A stretch of 6,205 nt of DNA from a virus (taxonomy: Duplodnaviria; Heunggongvirae; Uroviricota; Caudoviricetes). This document shows positions 1 through 5,395 of this stretch, one piece after another (position 1 is the first letter of the stretch; every line of letters starts with the position of its first letter). The notes beneath the pieces were generated by a model, which did not search any database, had not been told where the DNA came from, and saw nothing but the letters and a program-made list of their open reading frames with translations. The stretch is taken from IMG/VR virus record IMGVR_UViG_2671180753_000007, one strand, 5' to 3'. Made by a program: the position numbers and the translations under genes.

Positions 1-36
1 CAGCACGTTTAACGTCCTGTGCCGTTTTTCAGGTAT

Positions 37-58
37 AAAAAAACCCGCATAAAGCGGG
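37..58 (-). terminator. Rho-independent terminator downstream of the Q-like gene
   Basis: Plus strand has a 7-A run (37-43) followed by CCCGC-ATAAA-GCGGG (44-58). On the minus strand this is a GC stem-loop followed by UUUUUUU, about 78 nt past the Q-like stop codon. Confidence 0.6.
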
Positions 59-137
59 CTCTTTCAAATGTCCATGTCTGCTATTCGCCTCGCGGTACAG
101 CTTTGCGAAGCGTACAAGAATTGAAGCAGTTTTTACG

Positions 138-692
138 TCAAAAAGCAATAACTTTTTTCTCTATACCAAAAGCCATAACCATTGGTTTGTACAAAATAAA
201 TTCTGCCACCTTTAGCCAATGCTCAATGCGTCTTTCACAGGTTCTTAAACTCCATTTCGGGTGTGCATCATTCAGCAGTTCAGCCATTTTGCGTTTGGTC
301 ATCCCCCGCCCCTCATACCGTTGCCGAAGGACGCTAATCAATCCTGGATGCTCTGCCAGCACCTCACTTATGACCCGATCAATACATAACGCCTCTGCAT
401 CAGTACAATGCGCCAGCCAGCTCTTTTGCTTACCGTTAATCATATCCCGCAAAAAAGCCTCAAGTTCAGACTTGTTCAGACCTGCTTTTTTCATCCTCCG
501 GAGCGCCTCGTTAATTGCCGTTTTTGTCAGCTTTTTAGAGGTCAACATCAGGTTAAACATATTCCCCGTCTTACCGCCACCAATATACGACCAGCGCCCC
601 CACATACGTAGTTTTCCCTGAATCCAGACACTTTCCAGCGTGGTGAGACGAAGGTGTTCTCCGCTTTTTCCTGTATTCGTTGGGTAAATCAT
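138..692 (-). CDS. Putative Q-like late antiterminator (184 aa); function assigned by synteny
   Basis: The ORF track gives 138..812, but the internal ATG at 692..690 has a strong SD (AAGGAGG about 6 nt upstream) and forms an ATGA stop/start overlap with the upstream DUF1364 gene. It is the last gene of the DUF1367-DUF1364-X module, where lambdoid/Qin-like prophages carry Q, and a strong terminator follows. No diagnostic motif was recognised, so the family is inferred. Confidence 0.5.
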   Translation of the reverse strand: MIYPTNTGKSGEHLRLTTLESVWIQGKLRMWGRWSYIGGGKTGNMFNLMLTSKKLTKTAINEALRRMKKAGLNKSELEAFLRDMINGKQKSWLAHCTDAEALCIDRVISEVLAEHPGLISVLRQRYEGRGMTKRKMAELLNDAHPKWSLRTCERRIEHWLKVAEFILYKPMVMAFGIEKKVIAF

Positions 693-979
693 AAATATCC
701 CTCCTTTCTCCAGATTTCTTGTGTGCGAAAAACACCTTCTGCATGCATCAGGCGTAATTCTTCTTTGGTGTAATCGCTGGTTTTTACCCGCCCGTCGATT
801 AAATCGTGGCACGAGCTACAGGCAATCGCTGCCTGCATATCGTGTGGCTTTATCGCTGTTCCGCACGTTCCCGCCAGTCGGTAATGCGCCAGCACAGACG
901 TTTCCGGATCGTGATTGCAGTAGCCAGGAATTCTGACGGTGCACATCTGCCCCCGCGCCGCTTTACGTAAATCCACCAT
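689..979 (-). CDS. DUF1364 / YbcO-like zinc-binding prophage protein (96 aa)
   Basis: 96-aa ORF with spaced Cys/His residues (CTVRIPGYCNHDPETSVLAH ... IACSSCHDLIDGR) and the same length as YbcO-family proteins of the lambdoid nin region. Its start overlaps the DUF1367 stop (TAATG) and its stop overlaps the Q-like start. Confidence 0.7.
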   Translation of the reverse strand: MVDLRKAARGQMCTVRIPGYCNHDPETSVLAHYRLAGTCGTAIKPHDMQAAIACSSCHDLIDGRVKTSDYTKEELRLMHAEGVFRTQEIWRKEGYL

Positions 980-1578
980 TACGCAAACTCCAGCAGCTGC
1001 GCGGCCACATTTTCGACTTGTTCCGGAGAGGAAAATTTACGGAACAGAATCCAGTTCCACAGCACATTCAGAACAGATTTATAAACCTGCTGAAACTCGG
1101 TTTCGTCCATATTCGCAAAAGCGATGGATTTTGCCCGACGCCCGCGGCTACCGTCCGGATAAAAATGTTCGGTGTAAAATCCAGCCTGAATGGTTACCCA
1201 CTCGCGAAAAGCCTCAAACGACTTTAGCAATGCCGTATCCCGGGTTCTGCGTGTCGCAACTGTATTCAGATATTGCTCTGCGGCTTCGCTCAGAGCTGGC
1301 GTATGTTCCCGACCTACTGATTCGCACAGGTAATCAACGAAACCAGACAGCAGTTCTCGTTCGCGAGGCGTGATCGCCCCACCGACCGGAGTCCAGTAAT
1401 CGAATCCCAGTTGCAGGAGTTTGAAAAAACGCTTGTGGAATGCGTAGTTACGCACACGCTTAAAGTCTGCGTGTATCCACTCACCTGTTTTGATTTGATG
1501 CAGAAAATCGCAACTCTCCGGCGTCGCCGGGAGAAGTAATCCGGAAGAGGTTTGTTTGATCAGTTGTATATGCGCCAT
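979..1578 (-). CDS. DUF1367-family lambdoid prophage protein (199 aa), intact copy
   Basis: 199-aa ORF starting MAHIQLIKQTSSGLLLPATPESCDFLHQIK, with SD GGAG 7 nt upstream of the ATG at 1578..1576. Its 5' 307 bp recurs as truncated paralogs at 2852..3158 and 4284..4437. Confidence 0.7.
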   Translation of the reverse strand: MAHIQLIKQTSSGLLLPATPESCDFLHQIKTGEWIHADFKRVRNYAFHKRFFKLLQLGFDYWTPVGGAITPRERELLSGFVDYLCESVGREHTPALSEAAEQYLNTVATRRTRDTALLKSFEAFREWVTIQAGFYTEHFYPDGSRGRRAKSIAFANMDETEFQQVYKSVLNVLWNWILFRKFSSPEQVENVAAQLLEFA

Positions 1579-2093
1579 CGTAGTTCTCCGCTGGCGCAGT
1601 AGAATGGGTGTTCAGCCCGTTATGTAGTATACCAGAATTAATGCCAATACTAACAGGATGCTCTGACTCGCAATTCATCCAGCAGTTTATCATTTCCCAT
1701 AATGTCACTTACCCTCATCGGTAAAAAAATTGCCTTTCGACCATTACGATACATCATTGATTTTTTGGTTTCAGGGAAGTAATCCATTTCGACTATAACT
1801 GACAGGTCATCACGACGTATGACTGCGTATTTACTACTAAATAGTTTCTTTATTTTTTCCACGATGCCTCCAGGTTTATAAGTACAAACGGTTATATCAA
1901 CATAGAGACAAAAGGTGATGCTGCCAACTTACTGATTTAGTGTATGATCGTGTTTTTGAGGTGCTCCAGTGGCTTCTGTTTCTATCAGCTGTCCCTCCTG
2001 TTCAGCTACTGACGGGGTGGTGCGTAACGGCAAAAGCACTGCCGGACATCAGCGCTATCTCTGCTCTCACTGCCGTAAAACATGGCAACTGCA
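1272..2093. repeat. 822-bp direct repeat, copy 1 (DUF1367 5' part, Rem-like ORF, upstream region, IS1 nt 1-180)
   Basis: Colinear with 2852..3673 at a constant offset of 1580 bp. There are 8 mismatches, all within 1312..1497, and none from 1498 to 2093. Confidence 0.95.
1650..1862 (-). CDS. Small hypothetical prophage protein (70 aa), possibly Rem-like
   Basis: GTG start at 1862..1860 preceded by GGAGG. It sits immediately upstream of DUF1367, as rem sits next to ydfU in Qin. Its N-terminus weakly resembles the 95-aa ORF at 4476..4763. Confidence 0.45.
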   Translation of the reverse strand: MEKIKKLFSSKYAVIRRDDLSVIVEMDYFPETKKSMMYRNGRKAIFLPMRVSDIMGNDKLLDELRVRASC

Positions 2094-2147
2094 CGCATTA
2101 TGGGCGTTGGCCTCAACACGATTTTACGTCACTTAAAAAACTCAGGC
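1914..2147 (+). mobile_element. IS1 left-end fragment (IS1 nt 1-319 with an 85-bp internal deletion)
   Basis: Starts with the IS1 inverted repeat GGTGATGCTGCCAACTTACTGAT and matches the complete IS1 at 3494... It lacks the 85 bp lying between two 10-bp direct repeats GGCAACTGCA (3664-3673 and 3749-3758 in the full copy). Homology ends at 2147. Confidence 0.9.
1969..2136 (+). pseudogene. insA: insA pseudogene (frameshifted by the 85-bp deletion)
   Basis: Reads [41 protein letters not shown], identical to the intact InsA at 3549, then shifts frame at the deletion junction and stops at 2134-2136. Confidence 0.8.
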
Positions 2148-2851
2148 TACCTCAGAGAATGGCATCATCGTTGGTCGTGACCGACTGGCACGTCTTCGTA
2201 AGGAGCTAAGGCTACGCTGTAAGCAGAAACGCAAGTTCAGAGCGACTACGAACTCGAACCACAATCTGCCAGTTGCGCCAAATCTGCTGAACCAGACGTT
2301 CGCTCCTACAGCACCAAATCAGGTCTGGGTGGCGGACCTGACGTATGTTGCCACACAGGAGGGATGGTTGTACCTCGCTGGCATCAAAGATGTTTATACG
2401 TGCGAAATTGTCGGCTACGCCATGGGAGAGCGCATGACAAAAGAGCTGACAGGTAAAGCCCTGTTTATGGCGCTCAGGAGCCAGCGCCCACCTGCCGGGC
2501 TAATCCACCACTCTGATCGAGGTTCACAGTACTGCGCATACGATTACCGGGTCATACAGGAGCAGTCTGGTCTGAAAACATCAATGTCGCGTAAAGGTAA
2601 CTGTTACGACAACGCTCCGATGGAAAGCTTCTGGGGAACGCTGAAAAATGAGAGCCTGAGCCACTATCGTTTTAATAACCGGGATGAAGCCATCTCAGTA
2701 ATACGGGAATACATTGAGATTTTCTACAATCGTCAGCGTCGTCACTCTCGTCTGGGGAATATCTCCCCGGCAGCCTTCAGGGAAAAATATCATCAGATGG
2801 CTGCTTAAAAAAAGAACAAATGGTAGTGTCCGCTATTGCCAGTACACCTCA
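2148..2851 (+). mobile_element. 3' fragment of an IS3-family element (IS3 group, possibly IS600-like)
   Basis: Contains only the C-terminal part of an OrfB transposase and ends in a terminal repeat ...CGCTATTGCCAGTACACCTCA (TG...CA type). It abuts the truncated IS1 on the left and the DUF1367 fragment on the right. Confidence 0.8.
2149..2808 (+). pseudogene. IS3-family transposase OrfB, C-terminal DDE-domain fragment
   Basis: A continuous frame from 2149 encodes ...PNQVWVADLTYVATQEGWLYLAG...HSDRGSQY...SMSRKGNCYDNAPMESFWGTLK...YNRQRRHSRLGNISP, with the D, D, E core motifs of IS3-family OrfB. There is no OrfA or OrfB N-terminus. Confidence 0.85.
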
Positions 2852-3158
2852 ATTGCTCTGCGGCTTCGCTCAGAGCTGGCGTATGTTCCCGGCCTACTGA
2901 TTCACACAGGTAATCAACGAAACCGGACACCAGTTTTCGTTCGCGAGGCGTGATCGCCCCACCGACCGGAGTCCAGTAATCGAAACCCAGTTGCAGGAGT
3001 TTGAAAAAACGCTTGTGGAATGCGTAGTTACACACACGCTTAAAGTCTGCGTGTATCCACTCACCTATTTTGATTTGATGCAGAAAATCGCAACTCTCCG
3101 GCGTCGCCGGGAGAAGTAATCCGGAAGAGGTTTGTTTGATCAGTTGTATATGCGCCAT
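2805..3158 (-). pseudogene. DUF1367 gene 5' fragment (copy B), truncated by the IS3-family element
   Basis: The first 102 codons match the 979..1578 protein (MAHIQLIKQT...EAAEQ). The frame then runs into IS sequence after 2852 and stops. Confidence 0.85.
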
Positions 3159-3673
3159 CGTAGTTCTCCGCTGGCGCAGTAGAATGGGTGTTCAGCCCGT
3201 TATGTAGTATACCAGAATTAATGCCAATACTAACAGGATGCTCTGACTCGCAATTCATCCAGCAGTTTATCATTTCCCATAATGTCACTTACCCTCATCG
3301 GTAAAAAAATTGCCTTTCGACCATTACGATACATCATTGATTTTTTGGTTTCAGGGAAGTAATCCATTTCGACTATAACTGACAGGTCATCACGACGTAT
3401 GACTGCGTATTTACTACTAAATAGTTTCTTTATTTTTTCCACGATGCCTCCAGGTTTATAAGTACAAACGGTTATATCAACATAGAGACAAAAGGTGATG
3501 CTGCCAACTTACTGATTTAGTGTATGATCGTGTTTTTGAGGTGCTCCAGTGGCTTCTGTTTCTATCAGCTGTCCCTCCTGTTCAGCTACTGACGGGGTGG
3601 TGCGTAACGGCAAAAGCACTGCCGGACATCAGCGCTATCTCTGCTCTCACTGCCGTAAAACATGGCAACTGCA
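2852..3673. repeat. 822-bp direct repeat, copy 2
   Basis: Matches 1272..2093 (see copy 1). Confidence 0.95.
3230..3442 (-). CDS. Small hypothetical prophage protein (70 aa), second copy, possibly Rem-like
   Basis: Identical at nucleotide level to 1650..1862 and lies within repeat copy 2. Confidence 0.45.
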   Translation of the reverse strand: MEKIKKLFSSKYAVIRRDDLSVIVEMDYFPETKKSMMYRNGRKAIFLPMRVSDIMGNDKLLDELRVRASC

Positions 3674-3824
3674 GTTCACTTACACCGCTTCTCAACCCGG
3701 TACGCACCAGAAAATCATTGATATGGCCATGAATGGCGTTGGATGCCGGGCAACTGCACGCATTATGGGCGTTGGCCTCAACACGATTTTACGTCACTTA
3801 AAAAACTCAGGCCGCAGTCGGTAA
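3549..3824 (+). CDS. insA: IS1 InsA (91 aa)
   Basis: [18 protein letters not shown]...[11 protein letters not shown] matches canonical IS1 InsA as recalled. Confidence 0.95.
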
Positions 3825-4246
3825 CCTCGCGCATACAGCCGGGCAGTGACGTCATCGTCTGCGCGGAAATGGACGAACAGTGGGGCTATGTCGGGGCTAA
3901 ATCGCGCCAGCGCTGGCTGTTTTACGCGTATGACAGTCTCCGGAAGACGGTTGTTGCGCACGTATTCGGTGAACGCACTATGGCGACGCTGGGGCGTCTT
4001 ATGAGCCTGCTGTCACCCTTTGACGTGGTGATATGGATGACGGATGGCTGGCCGCTGTATGAATCCCGCCTGAAGGGAAAGCTGCACGTAATCAGCAAGC
4101 GATATACGCAGCGAATTGAGCGGCATAACCTGAATCTGAGGCAGCACCTGGCACGGCTGGGACGGAAGTCGCTGTCGTTCTCAAAATCGGTGGAGCTGCA
4201 TGACAAAGTCATCGGGCATTATCTGAACATAAAACACTATCAATAA
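3743..4246 (+). CDS. insB: IS1 InsB reading frame (expressed as the InsAB' transposase by -1 frameshift)
   Basis: 167-aa [19 protein letters not shown]...HYLNIKHYQ overlapping insA in the -1 frame. The AAAAAAC slippery site lies at 3800-3806. Confidence 0.9.
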
Positions 4247-4260
4247 GTTGGAGTCATTAC

Positions 4261-4437
4261 CTACCTAATGAAATAGACTATCAAAAAACGCTTGTGGAAT
4301 GCGTAGTTACACACACGCTTAAAGTCTGCGTGTATCCACTCACCTATTTTGATTTGATGCAGAAAATCGCAACTCTCCGGCGTCGCCGGGAGAAGTAATC
4401 CGGAAGAGGTTTGTTTGACCAGTTGTATATGTGCCAT
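4261..4437 (-). pseudogene. DUF1367 gene 5' fragment (copy C), truncated next to the IS1 right end
   Basis: ATG at 4437..4435 with SD GGAG. The first 51 codons (MAHIQLVKQTSSGLLLPATPESCDFLHQIKIGEWIHADFKRVCNYAFHKRF) match copies A/B, then the frame reads 7 unrelated codons and stops at the IS1 boundary. Nucleotide homology to copy B covers 4284..4437. Confidence 0.8.
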
Positions 4438-4475
4438 CGGCTTTCTCCGGTGGCACGGTGTTACACAGCAGGAGT

Positions 4476-4763
4476 TCAATCCTGCTCAAGATTGTAGATG
4501 AGTTTATTCTTCAGCAAAAGCAGAAAACCAGCCTTAAAACCAATCTCTTTCAAAACCCGTAATGATGTGACAAATTCGTCCTCACGCAAAATAAAACCGT
4601 CCGTCAGAAGTCCATTACAAAAATAAAATAACACAGCACCGCTCTTCCTTTGTTGAGATTGCAAACATCTAATGCGGCAATGGCTGACAATCGCTCCATT
4701 CTCAACGCGCACAGCATAGAGGCCATTTTCACTAAAAATTTCACGCAATTCTTCGATTTTCAT
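4476..4763 (-). CDS. Small hypothetical prophage protein (95 aa), divergent Rem-like
   Basis: ATG at 4763..4761 with SD GGAAGGA about 8 nt upstream. It lies between hok and the DUF1367 fragment, the position rem occupies in Qin. Weak N-terminal similarity to the 70-aa ORFs (..LREIFSENGLYAVRVENGAIV vs ..KKLFSSKYAVIRRDDLSVIV). Confidence 0.5.
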   Translation of the reverse strand: MKIEELREIFSENGLYAVRVENGAIVSHCRIRCLQSQQRKSGAVLFYFCNGLLTDGFILREDEFVTSLRVLKEIGFKAGFLLLLKNKLIYNLEQD

Positions 4764-4844
4764 CTTCAGAATCCTTCCAGATAAATAGCTCTCCCCTGTT
4801 CGGGGTCCATCCCTCTTCTCCCTGCGCGCTACTTAAGTGAGTCG

Positions 4845-4872
4845 ATTCTATCTGCGAAGGTGCGCGAATCAA
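4845..4872 (-). promoter_or_regulatory. Candidate sigma70 promoter for the Rem-like/DUF1367 transcript
   Basis: On the minus strand: -35 TTGATT (4872..4867), 16-bp spacer, -10 TAGAAT (4850..4845), about 80 nt upstream of the 95-aa ORF start. Confidence 0.25.
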
Positions 4873-4892
4873 ATTCACCGGAAATAAACAAC

Positions 4893-4935
4893 AAAAAACC
4901 CGCCGAAACGCTGAGAGATCACAGCGATGGGCGGG
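4893..4935 (-). terminator. hok mRNA 3' terminator
   Basis: On the minus strand: CCCGCC-CAT-CGCTG-loop-CAGCG-TTTC-GGCGGG followed by UUUUUU, about 80 nt downstream of the hok stop. Confidence 0.55.
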
Positions 4936-4941
4936 TTAAGT

Positions 4942-4956
4942 GCGGGTGCGTTGAGG
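4942..4956 (-). promoter_or_regulatory. hok mRNA fbi (fold-back inhibition) element, complementary to the 5' tac element at 5327..5340
   Basis: Plus-strand GCGGGTGCGTTGAGG (4942-4956) is the inverted complement of CCTCAAGCACCCGC (5327-5340) with one extra base. In the minus-strand transcript the 3' end can therefore pair with the 5' end, as in hok-family mRNAs. Confidence 0.45.
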
Positions 4957-5012
4957 ATGCCTGACACATCAGAGGTGGGCGGGGATGGGATCAGCTCCCC
5001 GCCCGGTCACTC

Positions 5013-5168
5013 TTACTTCCTGGATTCGTAGTCTACGAAGACAGCGACCTCCGTCTGGCCGGTTCGGATTCGTACCTCACAGAGGTCTTTCCTCGTTACC
5101 AGTGCCGTCACTATGACGGTTAAACAGATGACGATCAGGGCGATTAACATCGCCTTTTGCTGCTTCAT
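5013..5168 (-). CDS. hok: Hok/Gef-family type I toxin (51 aa), hokD/hokC-like
   Basis: MKQQKAMLIALIVICLTVIVTALVTRKDLCEVRIRTGQTEVAVFVDYESRK: a single transmembrane helix and the conserved RKDLCEV.IRTGQ.EVA motif of Hok/Gef proteins. SD AGGAG lies 9 nt upstream of the ATG. Confidence 0.85.
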   Translation of the reverse strand: MKQQKAMLIALIVICLTVIVTALVTRKDLCEVRIRTGQTEVAVFVDYESRK

Positions 5169-5225
5169 AGCCTGCTTCTCCTTGCCTTTCGGCATGTAAG
5201 AGGCTAACCTACATGTGCAAAGCAT
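5013..5225 (-). CDS. mok: mok-like in-frame upstream reading frame overlapping hok (70 aa)
   Basis: ATG at 5225..5223 gives MLCTCRLASYMPKGKEKQA fused in frame to Hok, resembling the in-frame MokC arrangement of chromosomal hokC as recalled. Confidence 0.45.
   Translation of the reverse strand: MLCTCRLASYMPKGKEKQAMKQQKAMLIALIVICLTVIVTALVTRKDLCEVRIRTGQTEVAVFVDYESRK
5182..5210 (+). promoter_or_regulatory. Candidate sok antisense promoter
   Basis: Plus-strand -35 TTGCCT (5182-5187), 17-bp spacer, -10 TAACCT (5205-5210), antisense to the mok/hok translation initiation region. The position and hexamers parallel the plasmid R1 sok promoter as recalled from memory. Confidence 0.4.
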
Positions 5226-5290
5226 GAAATTGGCCTCAGATTAATGTTAAGCGTCTTGCCGGACGCGTAATGTTAACTGGGGCTTTTCTC
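5217..5290 (+). ncRNA. sok: Candidate Sok antisense RNA (3' end uncertain)
   Basis: Would start about 7 nt after the -10 at 5205-5210 and run antisense to the mok start and hok leader. No clean terminator hairpin with a U-tract was found, so the 3' end is approximate. Confidence 0.3.
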
Positions 5291-5344
5291 TATCTGCCTT
5301 TTGGTGTTCATGCCTGAAGCAGATAGCCTCAAGCACCCGCAGTC

Positions 5345-5374
5345 ATTCTACTTACCTCGCCAATATGAAATCAA
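5345..5374 (-). promoter_or_regulatory. Candidate hok mRNA promoter
   Basis: On the minus strand: -35 TTGATT (5374..5369), 18-bp spacer, -10 TAGAAT (5350..5345). The predicted transcript start GCGGGUGCUUGAGGCUAUCUGC resembles the 5' end of plasmid R1 hok mRNA and carries the conserved 5' stem (plus-strand inverted repeat CTATCTGC/GCAGATAG at 5291-5327). Confidence 0.45.
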
Positions 5375-5395
5375 TCAGAAAGGTGCCCCATAAAA

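Larger units (their letters stand above)
3494..4261 (+). mobile_element. Complete IS1 (768 bp)
   Basis: Terminal inverted repeats GGTGATGCTGCCAACTTACTGAT (3494-3516) and ...ATCAATAAGTTGGAGTCATTACC (4239-4261), with intact insA and insB and the A6C frameshift motif at 3800-3806. The flanking 9-mers GAGACAAAA and TACCTAATG differ, so there is no target-site duplication. Confidence 0.95.

Noticed and set aside
60-160. A defined late promoter between the Q-like stop and the terminator
   Set aside because: TTGACG overlaps the stop codon but no convincing -10 hexamer follows at 16-18 bp spacing, so no promoter feature is called.
19-621. 200-aa plus-strand ORF
   Set aside because: Lies entirely antisense to the minus-strand Q-like gene, which has a strong SD and operon context; no RBS or recognisable domain; likely a spurious open frame.
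693-812. N-terminal extension of the Q-like ORF to 224 aa (ORF track 138..812)
   Set aside because: The extension overlaps the DUF1364 coding region in another frame, whereas the internal ATG at 692 has a strong AAGGAGG SD and a stop/start overlap; the shorter 184-aa form is preferred.
408-1373. Short plus-strand ORFs 408..611, 721..936, 939..1373 and 1018..1227
   Set aside because: All are antisense to the well-supported minus-strand operon genes, with no RBS or recognisable motifs.
1481-1708. 75-aa minus-strand ORF (also 3061..3288)
   Set aside because: Overlaps the DUF1367 5' end and the Rem-like ORF in a different frame; no RBS; repeated only because it sits inside the 822-bp repeat.
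1940-2209. 89-aa plus-strand ORF spanning the IS1/IS3-family junction (and 3520..3732 inside the intact IS1)
   Set aside because: This is an alternative IS1 frame upstream of and overlapping insA, fused in copy A to junction sequence; not a known IS1 product.
2714-2953. 79-aa plus-strand ORF crossing the IS3-family right end into the DUF1367 fragment
   Set aside because: A chimeric frame across a mobile-element boundary and antisense to the DUF1367 fragment.
1272-3673. Interpreting the 822-bp repeat as a simple tandem duplication
   Set aside because: Copy A precedes an intact DUF1367 3' half while copy B is bounded by the IS3-family element, and divergence is patchy, so a single tandem duplication does not explain the structure; recombination between paralogous modules (or misassembly) fits better.
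3922-4212. 96-aa minus-strand ORF inside IS1
   Set aside because: Antisense to insB within a canonical IS1; not a recognised IS1 gene.
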